Positions 28,975 through 38,882 of a DNA stretch of 48,504 nt are shown here, one piece after another (within the stretch, counting starts at the first letter, position 1; each line of letters opens with the position of its first letter). The notes beneath the pieces are model-generated. The model was not told the origin of the DNA, did not search any database, and saw only the letters and a list, made by a program, of their open reading frames with translations. The position numbers and the translations under genes are program-made. This DNA is from an uncultured Clostridia bacterium (GTDB lineage Bacteria; Bacillota; Clostridia; Oscillospirales; Ruminococcaceae): the NCBI GenBank assembly GCA_946563605.1, contig CAMNVW010000001.1, positions 1 to 48,504 on the forward strand. The letters run 5' to 3'.

Positions 28975-30795
28975 CTATTCGTCAAGCTTGAGGACTGCCA
29001 TAAATGCCTCCTGCGGAACCTCCACAGAACCCAGCTGGCGCATACGCTTCTTGCCTTCCTTCTGCTTCTCCAGCAGCTTCTTTTTACGGGAGATGTCGCC
29101 GCCGTAGCACTTGGCAAGAACGTCCTTGCGGAACGCCTTGACCGTTTCGCGCGCGATGATCTTGCCGCCGACTGCCGCCTGAATCGGAACCTCAAACATC
29201 TGACGCGGAATGTTTTCCTTGAGCTTCTCTGCCATTTTTCTTGCACGGGAGTAAGCGCGGTCGGCATGAACAATGAACGAAAGCGCGTCAACAACATCGC
29301 CGCTGATCATGATGTCCAGCTTGACCAGCTTGGAAGAACGGTAGCCTGCCAATTCATAGTCGAAGGAGGCATAACCCTTGGTGCGGGATTTGAGTGCGTC
29401 AAAAAAGTCGTAGACAATTTCGTTGAGCGGCAGCTCGTAGTGCAGTTCGACGCGGTCGGTGTCCAGATATTTGGTGTCCTTGTAGGTGCCGCGGCGCTCC
29501 TGACAAAGCTCCATGATGGTGCCGATGTAGGAAGCCGGTGCAAAGATGCTTGCTTTGACGAAAGGCTCCTCCGCAGTCTCGATGTCCGATGGGTCAGGAT
29601 AGTTGGTCGGGTTGTCGATCATCATGGTGGTGCCGTCGGTCAGGTGGAGCTTGTAGATAACGCTGGGGGCTGTGGTGATCAGGTCGAGGTTAAATTCCCG
29701 TTCCAGACGCTCCTGAATAATTTCCATGTGAAGCAGTCCTAAGAATCCGCAGCGGAAACCAAAGCCTAACGCCTTGGAGGTCTCCGGTTCAAAGGAGAGG
29801 GAAGCGTCATTCAGCTGCAACTTTTCCAGAGCGTCCCGCAAATCAGGATATTTCGCACCGTCGGCAGGATAAATGCCGCAGAATACCATCGGATTGACCT
29901 GACGGTAGCCGTCAAGCGGTTTTGGCGCAGGATTGTCCACGCGGGTAACGGTGTCGCCGACAACGGTATCCCTGACGCTCTTGATGCTTGCGGTGATGTA
30001 GCCTACCTCGCCGGCGGATAAACCGTCGGACGGCACTAAGGTGGTGGCGCCCATGTAGCCTACCTCCACTGTGTGGAACTGTGCGCCGGTCGCCATCATT
30101 AAGATGTCATCGCCGGGACGGACGGTGCCCTGCATGACGCGGATATAAACGATAACGCCCTTGTAGCTGTCATAGTAAGAGTCGAAAATCAGTGCCTGCA
30201 ATGGAGCGTTTGGATCACCGGTCGGAGCTGGAATATCGGTAACGATGCGTTCCAGAACGTCCTCTACGTTGAGTCCGGTCTTTGCCGAAACACGCGGTGC
30301 ATCCAGCGCAGGAATACCGATGATGTCCTCGATTTCGTGACAGACCATGTCGGGATTTGCGCTTGGGAGGTCGATTTTGTTGACGACCGGAACGACCTCC
30401 AGATTGTGTTCGACAGCAAGATAGGTGTTTGCAAGGGTCTGTGCCTCGATGCCCTGCGAAGCGTCTACCACCAGCAGCGCGCCTTCACAGGCTGCCAGCG
30501 AACGGGAAACCTCATAGTTGAAGTCGACGTGCCCAGGGGTGTCGATGAGGTTAAAATCATAGGTGTTTCCATCCTTGGCGGTGTATTGCACTTTGACAGC
30601 ACGCGCTTTGATGGTGATACCTCTTTCACGTTCCAGATCCATGTTGTCCAGAAGCTGATTCTCCATCTCGCGCAGGGAAATCGCCTGTGTTTTTTCCAGA
30701 ATACGGTCGGCAAGGGTGGATTTGCCGTGGTCGATATGGGCGATGATGCAGAAATTGCGGATACGGCTGATATCCTTGAGCTGATTGTCTGCCAT
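28975..30795 (-). CDS. lepA: Translation elongation factor 4
   Basis: [50 protein letters not shown]. Confidence 0.97.
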   Translation of the reverse strand: MADNQLKDISRIRNFCIIAHIDHGKSTLADRILEKTQAISLREMENQLLDNMDLERERGITIKARAVKVQYTAKDGNTYDFNLIDTPGHVDFNYEVSRSLAACEGALLVVDASQGIEAQTLANTYLAVEHNLEVVPVVNKIDLPSANPDMVCHEIEDIIGIPALDAPRVSAKTGLNVEDVLERIVTDIPAPTGDPNAPLQALIFDSYYDSYKGVIVYIRVMQGTVRPGDDILMMATGAQFHTVEVGYMGATTLVPSDGLSAGEVGYITASIKSVRDTVVGDTVTRVDNPAPKPLDGYRQVNPMVFCGIYPADGAKYPDLRDALEKLQLNDASLSFEPETSKALGFGFRCGFLGLLHMEIIQERLEREFNLDLITTAPSVIYKLHLTDGTTMMIDNPTNYPDPSDIETAEEPFVKASIFAPASYIGTIMELCQERRGTYKDTKYLDTDRVELHYELPLNEIVYDFFDALKSRTKGYASFDYELAGYRSSKLVKLDIMISGDVVDALSFIVHADRAYSRARKMAEKLKENIPRQMFEVPIQAAVGGKIIARETVKAFRKDVLAKCYGGDISRKKKLLEKQKEGKKRMRQLGSVEVPQEAFMAVLKLDE

Positions 30796-30949
30796 AGGTT
30801 CTCACCTTTCTATCTGAATTGAATGGTTTATAAAGTGAATGGATAATAATTTATTATAGCATAGACAAGCGGGTTTGAGCAACGGAAAAGTTTTTGATTT
30901 GTGCGTCAAAATACTTTAGAAAAGATAGGACAAACAGCCCGTCAAACCA

Positions 30950-31807
30950 TCATACAGCGGGAAATGGGTCATTGCCGTCATCGAGCGGCATGGAGGAAAC
31001 GACGTTGTGATAAAAGCCGCCGAGAACGCCATGAAAATTTTCCTTCCATGGTTTGTTCCTGCCGTAGTAATGGATAATGGCGGTGTGCTGGCGCACCCAG
31101 TCAACATCAAGCTGCCGGTCTTTTGGAAGATGCATATTTTTCAGGTGCAGATACTTTTCGCCAAGATTGTAAATGAGGGGGTCTAAGAAGATGATGCGGT
31201 CGGTATACAAGGCGTTGAGAACATCCTGGTCGGGCAGCAGCAGGGAATTTTTGTGCTCTGCAATAAAGTCGAATACCTGCTGCGTGCTTTGTTCGGTGCG
31301 CAGAAGCGAAAGATTCATCATCATCACGCCGGAATTGATATATTTTGACTGCGCGGAAAGATTTAAACGGAGGCGGTTGAACTCCTGAAAGCTGCGGCTT
31401 TCAATGTGGGAGGCTGCTGCAAACAGATGGTCTTTAAAGTCGATGCTGTAAAGCGCACGCAGAGAATTGATAACGATGATGTCGGGGTCGAGGTAGAGGA
31501 TGCGGTCGAGATTTTTCGGGAGATACTGCGCGGCAAAGATGCGGTAGTACATTTCGGTCGGATAGCGGTCGGAAACAGGCGCATTTTCAAGAAGGTCATT
31601 GGAAAGACGCACATCCACCAGATTGGTTCGGGGAAGAAGAGAGCCAAGTGCGGCAAAATCCTCCGCGGTCAGGCTGTTGTGCGCAATATAAACGGTGAAC
31701 ACGCCGTCCATGTCCGATTGGGATAAAGAGTACAGCATGGTGCTCAGCACCTTGAGGTAGCTGCGGTTTAAGGTGACCAGAATATTGTATTGAAACATCT
31801 GTGACAT
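30950..31807 (-). CDS. Glycosyltransferase family 8
   Basis: YYR, RILYLDPD, YINSGVM, DQDVLN, IIHYYG.NKPW. Confidence 0.88.
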   Translation of the reverse strand: MSQMFQYNILVTLNRSYLKVLSTMLYSLSQSDMDGVFTVYIAHNSLTAEDFAALGSLLPRTNLVDVRLSNDLLENAPVSDRYPTEMYYRIFAAQYLPKNLDRILYLDPDIIVINSLRALYSIDFKDHLFAAASHIESRSFQEFNRLRLNLSAQSKYINSGVMMMNLSLLRTEQSTQQVFDFIAEHKNSLLLPDQDVLNALYTDRIIFLDPLIYNLGEKYLHLKNMHLPKDRQLDVDWVRQHTAIIHYYGRNKPWKENFHGVLGGFYHNVVSSMPLDDGNDPFPAV

Positions 31808-31817
31808 AAAAAGCCTC

Positions 31818-32720
31818 CTAGCTGTTTTGTGAAGCGGGTTCGCTTTCCTGAAACACCTGCAAAAAGCTCTTTGCTGAGGCGCTTAGATAACTGCCCTTTT
31901 TGCAGATGGCGGCAATGCGCGTCTTGAGCCTTTCTTCGGCGATTTCCCGAAAAATGATGTTGTGATGGGGCATGATGCGGTATGCCGACTGTGGAACGAC
32001 CGCAATACCGAGTCCTGCTTCCGCCCACATCATGGCGGTACGCGCGTCATCGGCAACACAGAAAATTTGCGGCGCAATGCCCGACTGTTGAAAAGCGTCG
32101 AGCAGCAAAGACTCAAAACGGCGGTAAAGGATCAGGGGTGCGCCGTCAAGGAAATCCAATGTCAGTTTTTCGATGGTTCGACCGCGCATATCGGCAGGAA
32201 AAAGGTTTCTCGCACCGGCGGCGATCATCGGTTCCTCATGCAGATAAAAGCAGTCAACGTGCTCGTTGTGAAACGGCGTGCGAACCACAGCAAGCTCGAT
32301 CATGCCCGATTCCAACATTTCGAGCAGTTCAAAGGTGTTGCCCTCGTGAACGGCAAAGCTGATCTGCCCAAAGCGTCGGTGAAATTCGGGGATGCGCCAG
32401 TCGAGCAGCGAAGCGCCGGAGGAGGACACCGTCCCAATGTGCAGGGTGCCGCGGAAGCCCGAAGCCATGCCGAGCAGTTCCTTTTTGGTCAGTTCCGTCA
32501 AGGCAAGGATGTTCTGCGCGCGCTTGTAGAGGGTGCGTCCGGCTTCGGTCAGGGTGATGCTGCGCGGGCCGCGCTGAACCAGTTGGATGCCCAGTTCCTC
32601 CTCCAAAAGCTTGAGCTGATAGCTCAGCGGCGGCTGCGAAAGATGGAGCTTTTTGGCAGCGGCGCTGATACTGCCTTCTTCGACGATGGTGGTGAAATAT
32701 AACAGCTGACGCACATCCAT
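31818..32720 (-). CDS. LysR family transcriptional regulator
   Basis: SISAAAKKLHLSQPPLSYQLKLLEEELG; divergent from the ABC pair. Confidence 0.92.
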   Translation of the reverse strand: MDVRQLLYFTTIVEEGSISAAAKKLHLSQPPLSYQLKLLEEELGIQLVQRGPRSITLTEAGRTLYKRAQNILALTELTKKELLGMASGFRGTLHIGTVSSSGASLLDWRIPEFHRRFGQISFAVHEGNTFELLEMLESGMIELAVVRTPFHNEHVDCFYLHEEPMIAAGARNLFPADMRGRTIEKLTLDFLDGAPLILYRRFESLLLDAFQQSGIAPQIFCVADDARTAMMWAEAGLGIAVVPQSAYRIMPHHNIIFREIAEERLKTRIAAICKKGSYLSASAKSFLQVFQESEPASQNS

Positions 32721-32857
32721 CCGAAAAACCTCCTTTTTAGAAAGTATATAAAAAAACTATGAAAACCATAGAAATAAAATATATTTTATTTGGCAGAAAA
32801 TGTGATATAATCATACCATGCGGTTATCAATGATGCAACGGAGGAAATGAGAATAGA

Positions 32858-34603
32858 ATGTTAAAGTTTATAAAGTATCTAAAACAGTTTCGCAAAGAAG
32901 TTTTTATCGGTCCGGTCTTTAAACTGACCGAGGCAATTTTTGAGCTGATCGTTCCGCTGGTTATGGCAAAAATCATCGACATAGGCATTGCCAACGGCGA
33001 CAAGGCTTATGTTCTGAAGATGGGCGGCGTCATGGTGCTGCTGGGACTGGTGGGTCTTGGCTGTGCGCTCATCTGCCAATACTGCGCGGCAAAAGCGAGC
33101 CAGGGCTTTGGAACGGTGGTCCGCTCAGAGATGTTCCGCCACATCAACAGCCTTTCCCATGGGGAAATCGACCAGATCGGCACGCCGTCGCTGATTACCC
33201 GCATCACCAACGACGTCAACCAGCTTCAGCTGGCGGTGGCAATGCTCATCCGTCTGGTCGTGCGCGCGCCGTTTTTGGTCATTGGTGCAACAGTGATGGC
33301 GGTCGCGATTGACTGGAAGCTTGCGTGTATCTTTTTTATCGCATCTCCCTTGGTGGCATTAGCATTGTATCTGGTGATGAGCCGCTCGGTACCGTTTTAC
33401 CGCATCATCCAGCGCAAGCTTGACCGCATTTCGCTGATTACAAGGGAAAATCTTTCAGGTGTGCGCGTTATCCGCGCCTTTTCCAGACAGCAGCAGGAAA
33501 AGGAACGCTTTTTAGAAGCCAGCACCGACCAGATGGAGATCTCCATCGCGGTAGGAAAGATTTCCGCCCTGCTCAATCCTTTGACGAGCACGGTGATCAA
33601 TCTGGCAATCGTTGCAGTTGTATGGTTCGGCGGTTTTCGCGTCAATGTGGGCGGCATGACGCAGGGCGAGGTCATTGCGTTTGTTAACTACCTCAACCAG
33701 ATTTTGGTTGCGATGATCGTTGTCGCAAATCTGGTGGTGATCTTTACAAAGGCGGCAGCTTCTGCGTCGCGTGTCAATGAGGTGCTGGAGATGGAGCCTT
33801 CCATCATCAGCAAGACCGTTACGCCGGTGCAGGAAAAGGAGAATGCACCGAAGCTTTCCTTTGACGCGGTGGATTTTGCTTATCCCGACGCGGGCGACTA
33901 TTCGCTGACGGGAATTTCGTTTGAAGCGGCAAAGGGACAGACGGTCGGCATCATCGGCGGTACAGGCTGCGGCAAATCCACGCTGGTCAACCTGATCCCG
34001 CGTTTTTATGAGGTTTCCAATGGCGCGGTCAAGGTAGACGGAGTGGACGTCAGGGAATATCCGCTTTCACAGCTGAGAGGAAAAATCGGAATCGTACCGC
34101 AGAAGGCAGTTTTGTTCTCGGGAACCCTGCGCAAAAATATGCAGTGGCACCATGAAGACGCAACCGATGAAGAGATCTGGGAAGCGCTCGAAGTAGCGCA
34201 GGCAGCGGAATTTGTCCGCAAGATGCCGGACGGATTGGACACCATGATTTTGCAGGGAGGAAAAAATCTTTCGGGCGGACAAAAGCAGCGTCTGACCATT
34301 GCAAGGGCGCTGGTTGGTTCACCGGAAATTTTGATTTTGGACGACAGCGCAAGCGCGCTGGACTTTGCGACCGACGCGGCACTGCGGCAGGCAATCGCAA
34401 GGTTTTGTTCAGAACGGGAAAATGGTGTTACCGTTCTGATTATTTCGCAGCGCGCGAATACGGTGCGCTATGCGGATAAAATCGTGGTTTTGGACGACGG
34501 CAAGACGGTCGGCATCGGTACGCATGAACAGCTGTTGGAAAGCTGTGAGGAGTACAGGGAGATTTACTGGTCCCAGAACGAAATGGAAGGGGCGCGCGAA
34601 TAA
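32858..34603 (+). CDS. Heterodimeric ABC exporter, subunit with degenerate site
   Basis: TM domain plus GGTGCGKST, LSGGQKQR and non-canonical Walker B ILDDS. Confidence 0.9.
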   Translation: MLKFIKYLKQFRKEVFIGPVFKLTEAIFELIVPLVMAKIIDIGIANGDKAYVLKMGGVMVLLGLVGLGCALICQYCAAKASQGFGTVVRSEMFRHINSLSHGEIDQIGTPSLITRITNDVNQLQLAVAMLIRLVVRAPFLVIGATVMAVAIDWKLACIFFIASPLVALALYLVMSRSVPFYRIIQRKLDRISLITRENLSGVRVIRAFSRQQQEKERFLEASTDQMEISIAVGKISALLNPLTSTVINLAIVAVVWFGGFRVNVGGMTQGEVIAFVNYLNQILVAMIVVANLVVIFTKAAASASRVNEVLEMEPSIISKTVTPVQEKENAPKLSFDAVDFAYPDAGDYSLTGISFEAAKGQTVGIIGGTGCGKSTLVNLIPRFYEVSNGAVKVDGVDVREYPLSQLRGKIGIVPQKAVLFSGTLRKNMQWHHEDATDEEIWEALEVAQAAEFVRKMPDGLDTMILQGGKNLSGGQKQRLTIARALVGSPEILILDDSASALDFATDAALRQAIARFCSERENGVTVLIISQRANTVRYADKIVVLDDGKTVGIGTHEQLLESCEEYREIYWSQNEMEGARE

Positions 34604-36357
34604 TGGATATGGAAAAAAGAAGCGACATTTTAAAACGAATCCTCAGCTTTGCAAAGCCGCATCTGTGGTACCTTGCGGCGGCGCTTGTAAGCGCACTGCT
34701 GAGTGTTTCGCTCACATTGTATGCACCGATTTTGATAGGCAGGGGCATCGACGAGATTTTAGAGCCTGGCAAGGTCTATTTTGACAACCTCAAACCGATT
34801 TTGATAGGGCTGATCGCTGTCGCTATTTTGGCGGCGCTGTTCCAGTGGCTGATGACGCTGTGTACCAATATGGTCACCTACAAAACCGTCCGCGACCTGC
34901 GCGTAGCGGTGTTCAATAAGGTGGAGGAAATTCCGCTTTCCCGCATTGACAGCCGTTCCCATGGCGATATCATCAGCCGTATCATCAATGACATTGATTC
35001 GGTGTCCGACGGCCTATTGCAGGGCTTTTCACAGCTGTTCACCGGCATCATTACGATTGCGATTACATTGGGATATATGCTGTCCCTCAATTTTAAAGTA
35101 GGACTGGTCGTGGTGGTTCTGACCCCGTTGTCCTTGTTTGTAGCGTCGTTCATTGCAAAACATTCCTTCGATATGTTCCGCCGTCAAAGCGCCGTCAAGG
35201 GTCAGCTCAGCGGCTATATTGAGGAATTGGTCGGCAACCAGAAGGTAGTCAAGGCTTTCGGCTATGAGGAGCGCGCACAGGGTGAGTTTGACACGATCAA
35301 CCACCAGTTGTATGAGGTGGGTGTCAAAGCGCAGTTTTATTCTTCGCTGACAAACCCGTGTACCCGTTTTGTCAACGGCGTGGTATATGCGGCGGTCGCT
35401 ATTTTTGGCGCGCTCAGCTGTATCGCAGGCGGATTCTCGGTGGGTGCGCTGTCCAGCTTTTTGACCTACGCAAACCAGTACACCAAACCGTTTAACGAAA
35501 TTTCCGGCGTTGTCACCGAATTGCAGACCGCGCTTGCAAGCGCAAAGAGGGTGTTTGCGGTGATTGACGAGCCGGCGGAAGAACCGGACGCCGCGGACGC
35601 ACAATATCCGCAGAACTGTGAGGGTCAGATCGAAATTGACCACGTTCATTTTTCCTATGATGCGGCAAAACCGCTCATTCAGGACTTTAATTTAAAGGTA
35701 CAGCCAGGTCAGCGCATTGCGCTCGTCGGTCCGACCGGCTGCGGCAAAACAACCATGATCAATCTGCTGATGCGCTTTTACGACACCGATTCCGGCGAGA
35801 TCCGCGTGGACGGACAGCCGGTAAAGCAGATTGGCAGAAACGCGCTGCGTTCGCTGTACGGCATGGTTTTGCAGGACACATGGATGTTTAAAGGCTCGGT
35901 GCGCGAAAATATCGCTTACGGCAAGCCGGACGCCACCGATGAAGAGGTCATCGCGGCGGCAAAAGCAGCATATGCACACAGTTTTATCATGCGTCTGCCG
36001 CAGGGTTATGATACGATTCTTACGGAGGACGGCGGAAATATTTCGCAGGGACAAAAGCAGCTGCTTTGCATCGCACGTGCGATGCTGACCAAGCCTTCGA
36101 TGCTGATTCTGGACGAGGCGACCTCCAACATCGACACCCGAACCGAAATCAAGATTCAAAAGGCGTTTGGCGAAATGATGAAGGGTCATACCAGCTTCGT
36201 GGTTGCACACCGCCTGTCCACCATTCGGGAATCGGACTGCATCCTTGTCATGAAAGACGGACAGATCATTGAACAGGGTACGCACGAGCAGCTGCTCAAG
36301 CAGAAAGGTTTTTACCATCAGCTGTATTACAGCCAGTTTGTACAAACGGCTTCATAA
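34603..36357 (+). CDS. Heterodimeric ABC exporter, consensus subunit
   Basis: TM domain plus GPTGCGKTT, ISQGQKQ, ILDEATS, AHRLST. Confidence 0.9.
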   Translation: MDMEKRSDILKRILSFAKPHLWYLAAALVSALLSVSLTLYAPILIGRGIDEILEPGKVYFDNLKPILIGLIAVAILAALFQWLMTLCTNMVTYKTVRDLRVAVFNKVEEIPLSRIDSRSHGDIISRIINDIDSVSDGLLQGFSQLFTGIITIAITLGYMLSLNFKVGLVVVVLTPLSLFVASFIAKHSFDMFRRQSAVKGQLSGYIEELVGNQKVVKAFGYEERAQGEFDTINHQLYEVGVKAQFYSSLTNPCTRFVNGVVYAAVAIFGALSCIAGGFSVGALSSFLTYANQYTKPFNEISGVVTELQTALASAKRVFAVIDEPAEEPDAADAQYPQNCEGQIEIDHVHFSYDAAKPLIQDFNLKVQPGQRIALVGPTGCGKTTMINLLMRFYDTDSGEIRVDGQPVKQIGRNALRSLYGMVLQDTWMFKGSVRENIAYGKPDATDEEVIAAAKAAYAHSFIMRLPQGYDTILTEDGGNISQGQKQLLCIARAMLTKPSMLILDEATSNIDTRTEIKIQKAFGEMMKGHTSFVVAHRLSTIRESDCILVMKDGQIIEQGTHEQLLKQKGFYHQLYYSQFVQTAS

Positions 36358-36375
36358 TTAAAGGAGGAACAGAAC

Positions 36376-36585
36376 ATGAATAAAAGAAGAAAAGCAGACC
36401 TTTTCGGCTGTATTGGCTGGTCTGTGATTGCAGTTATCAACGCGCTCATGTTTGTATATAATCTCATCAGCGGGGAAGAAAGCACCTTGGTGCTTGTGCT
36501 GGAACCGATCATCGTGATACTCGCCCTTGCAATCGCAGGCAAGAATCTTTGGGACTACAAAAAACATGGAGAAGAAGAGAAATAA
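36376..36585 (+). CDS. Small two-TM membrane protein
   Basis: Strong RBS AAGGAGG; two hydrophobic segments; co-oriented with the ABC genes. Confidence 0.6.
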   Translation: MNKRRKADLFGCIGWSVIAVINALMFVYNLISGEESTLVLVLEPIIVILALAIAGKNLWDYKKHGEEEK

Positions 36586-36746
36586 ATTTTTATACTGGTG
36601 AAATTTCACAGAAATTTGGTTTGTTTTTACTTTGACAAACTAAAGTCTTGTAGCGGACAGAATTTTGTGGTATAGTGGCAGGTAGAAATGATTTTCCGCG
36701 GAAAATCTGTGAGCGAATCAAGCTATGATGAGGGGAGAGGGATACT

Positions 36747-38402
36747 TTGCATTTAAACCCAGAAAAAGAAGTGATCGTAATAGGACATAAGAGTCCAGAT
36801 ACCGACTCCATCTGTTCTGCGATTGCTTATGCAAATCTCAAACAAAAAATCACCAGTAAAAAATATACGCCAAAACGTGCCGGAGATGTCAACAAGGAAA
36901 CTGCTTTTGCACTGGATTACTTCAATGTGCCGCAGCCGGAATTTTTGCAGGACGTCCGCACCAGAGTTTCCGATATGGAAATCAAGGAAGTGCCGTCGAT
37001 CGACGGCAAAATTTCCATTAAACAGGCGTACAGCATGATGAAGGAACAGGGGGCAAGCACCCTTTGCATCACCGGAGAAAGCGGCGAGCCGCAGGGCATC
37101 ATCACCATGTCCAATATCGCTGCGTCCGATATGGATGTGTACGATAATCACATCGTTTCCAAGGCAAAGACACCGTATGAAAATATTGTAAAGGTGTTGG
37201 ATGCAAAGGTTTTTTGCGGCGATATCAGCGGCTGTTTTGAACAGGGCAGAGTGACGATTGCGGCAAACACACCGGAGCTGATGGTGGATTACGTTGCCCA
37301 AAACGATATGGTCATCGTCGGCAACCGCTTTGAGTCGCAGTTCTTCTCGGTAGAGATCGGCGCTTCCTGCATCATTTTGTGCACCAATTCCGAGCCGAAC
37401 GACACCATCATCGAGCGTGCAAAGAAGAAGGGCTGTATTGTTTTGTCAAGCCCATATGATTCCTATACCGTTGCACGACTGATCAACCAGAGTATGCCGG
37501 TTGACTTCTTCATGACAGCGCACAACCTGCTGTCCTTCTCGCTGGATGATTATACAGACGACGTGAAGGAAGTTATGGCAAAAGAACGCCATCGTTATTT
37601 CCCTGTTCTGGATCAGGACGGACGTTATATCGGTCAGATTTCCAAACGTTCCTTCTTAGCGGCAGAGAAAAAACAGTTGATTCTGGTGGACCACAACGAA
37701 AAGAATCAGGCGGTAGAGGGCATTGAAAGCGCAGATATTCTGGAGGTCGTTGACCACCATCGTCTGGGCGGTCTGGAAAGTATCAATCCAGTATTTTTCC
37801 GCAATCAGCCGCTCGGCTGCACCGCGACCATCGTTTACCAGCTGTACCGTGAAAACGGCGTGGAAATTGAACGCAGTATTGCAGGCTTGCTTTGCTCGGC
37901 TATTTTGTCTGATACCCTGATGTTCCGTTCGCCAACCTGCACAGAGGTAGACTGCGAAGCCGCAAACGCTTTGGCAGAGATTGCAGGAATCGACATTCCG
38001 CAGTACGCACAGCAGATGTTTGAGGCAGGCAGCGACCTGTCCTCCCGTTCGACCGAGGAGATTTTCTATCAGGATTACAAGACCTTCTCGACAGCCGGCG
38101 CAAACTTTGGCGTAGGACAGATCACCTCCGTCAGCGAGTCGGGACTGCGTCAGCAGATTCCTGCATTGCAGGCATTTATGAAAGAAAAGGTGGAGAAAGA
38201 CCCTGATACCATGCTGTTCTTCCTGCTGACCAACATCATCGAGGAAAGCAGTATCGTACTTTGCTGCGGCGGACAGTCGGAGGAGATCCTCAAACAGTCC
38301 AACCACCTCGAACAGATTCCGGCGGACGGTCTGCTGGTTCCAGGTATGGTTTCCAGAAAGAAACAGTTCCTGCCGTCCATCATTGCGACTTTGCAGCAAT
38401 AA
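36747..38402 (+). CDS. ppaC: Mn-dependent inorganic pyrophosphatase with CBS-DRTGG domains
   Basis: GHKSPDTDS, LVDHNE, DHH, ILSDT, SRKKQ, with a central CBS/DRTGG insert. Confidence 0.9.
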   Translation: MHLNPEKEVIVIGHKSPDTDSICSAIAYANLKQKITSKKYTPKRAGDVNKETAFALDYFNVPQPEFLQDVRTRVSDMEIKEVPSIDGKISIKQAYSMMKEQGASTLCITGESGEPQGIITMSNIAASDMDVYDNHIVSKAKTPYENIVKVLDAKVFCGDISGCFEQGRVTIAANTPELMVDYVAQNDMVIVGNRFESQFFSVEIGASCIILCTNSEPNDTIIERAKKKGCIVLSSPYDSYTVARLINQSMPVDFFMTAHNLLSFSLDDYTDDVKEVMAKERHRYFPVLDQDGRYIGQISKRSFLAAEKKQLILVDHNEKNQAVEGIESADILEVVDHHRLGGLESINPVFFRNQPLGCTATIVYQLYRENGVEIERSIAGLLCSAILSDTLMFRSPTCTEVDCEAANALAEIAGIDIPQYAQQMFEAGSDLSSRSTEEIFYQDYKTFSTAGANFGVGQITSVSESGLRQQIPALQAFMKEKVEKDPDTMLFFLLTNIIEESSIVLCCGGQSEEILKQSNHLEQIPADGLLVPGMVSRKKQFLPSIIATLQQ

Positions 38403-38563
38403 AGGCTGTGATTATAGTTTCATTTGAAAATTGGTTTTGTACGGCACAGCCCTGAGAAGGAAACTCCGTTTCCTTCTCCCGAGCTTGCTACTTATAGTCT
38501 GATTTAGAAACTGGCTTTGTACTTCACCGAATGAGATGGCTTGAAAAAAGAGCTTAGTCAGGC

Positions 38564-38592
38564 TTGACAGAACCCAAACAGCCTGTTATACT
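38564..38592 (+). promoter_or_regulatory. Sigma-A promoter of the ABC-F leader
   Basis: TTGACA-17 nt-TATACT. Confidence 0.75.
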
Positions 38593-38599
38593 GACTGAG

Positions 38600-38867
38600 G
38601 ATTAAAAGACCGAAAGGTGAGTGAAAAAATATGCGCAAATTTTCCTGCTAACATTTTTGAGGGAAACGATCGAAAAAGTCACACAATCAAGGTGGCTTTG
38701 GACGGTGTTGCCCTGCGGCGGGAAAAAGAGTTTGCACATATTTTTCGGAAAATAGAAAAGCTGTGGGACAGCTGTCATTTTTTGGATGACAGTCTATGCC
38801 TTTGAGCAGTGCGTGTTCTGAAATTTGAGGTGCGGCAGGATTTCCTGCTGCACCTTATTTTATTTTT
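38600..38867 (+). promoter_or_regulatory. Attenuator leader: uORF MRKFSC (38631-38651), long hairpin, premature terminator
   Basis: 38626-38648 pairs with 38718-38745; terminator GAGGTGCGGCAGGA/TCCTGCTGCACCTT plus U-rich tail at 38827-38867, before the start codon. Confidence 0.7.
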
Positions 38868-38882
38868 CAGGGGTGAACGCTG

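Noticed and set aside
38425-38528. Imperfect direct repeat around a hairpin after ppaC
   Set aside because: Short and degenerate; most simply part of the terminator region.
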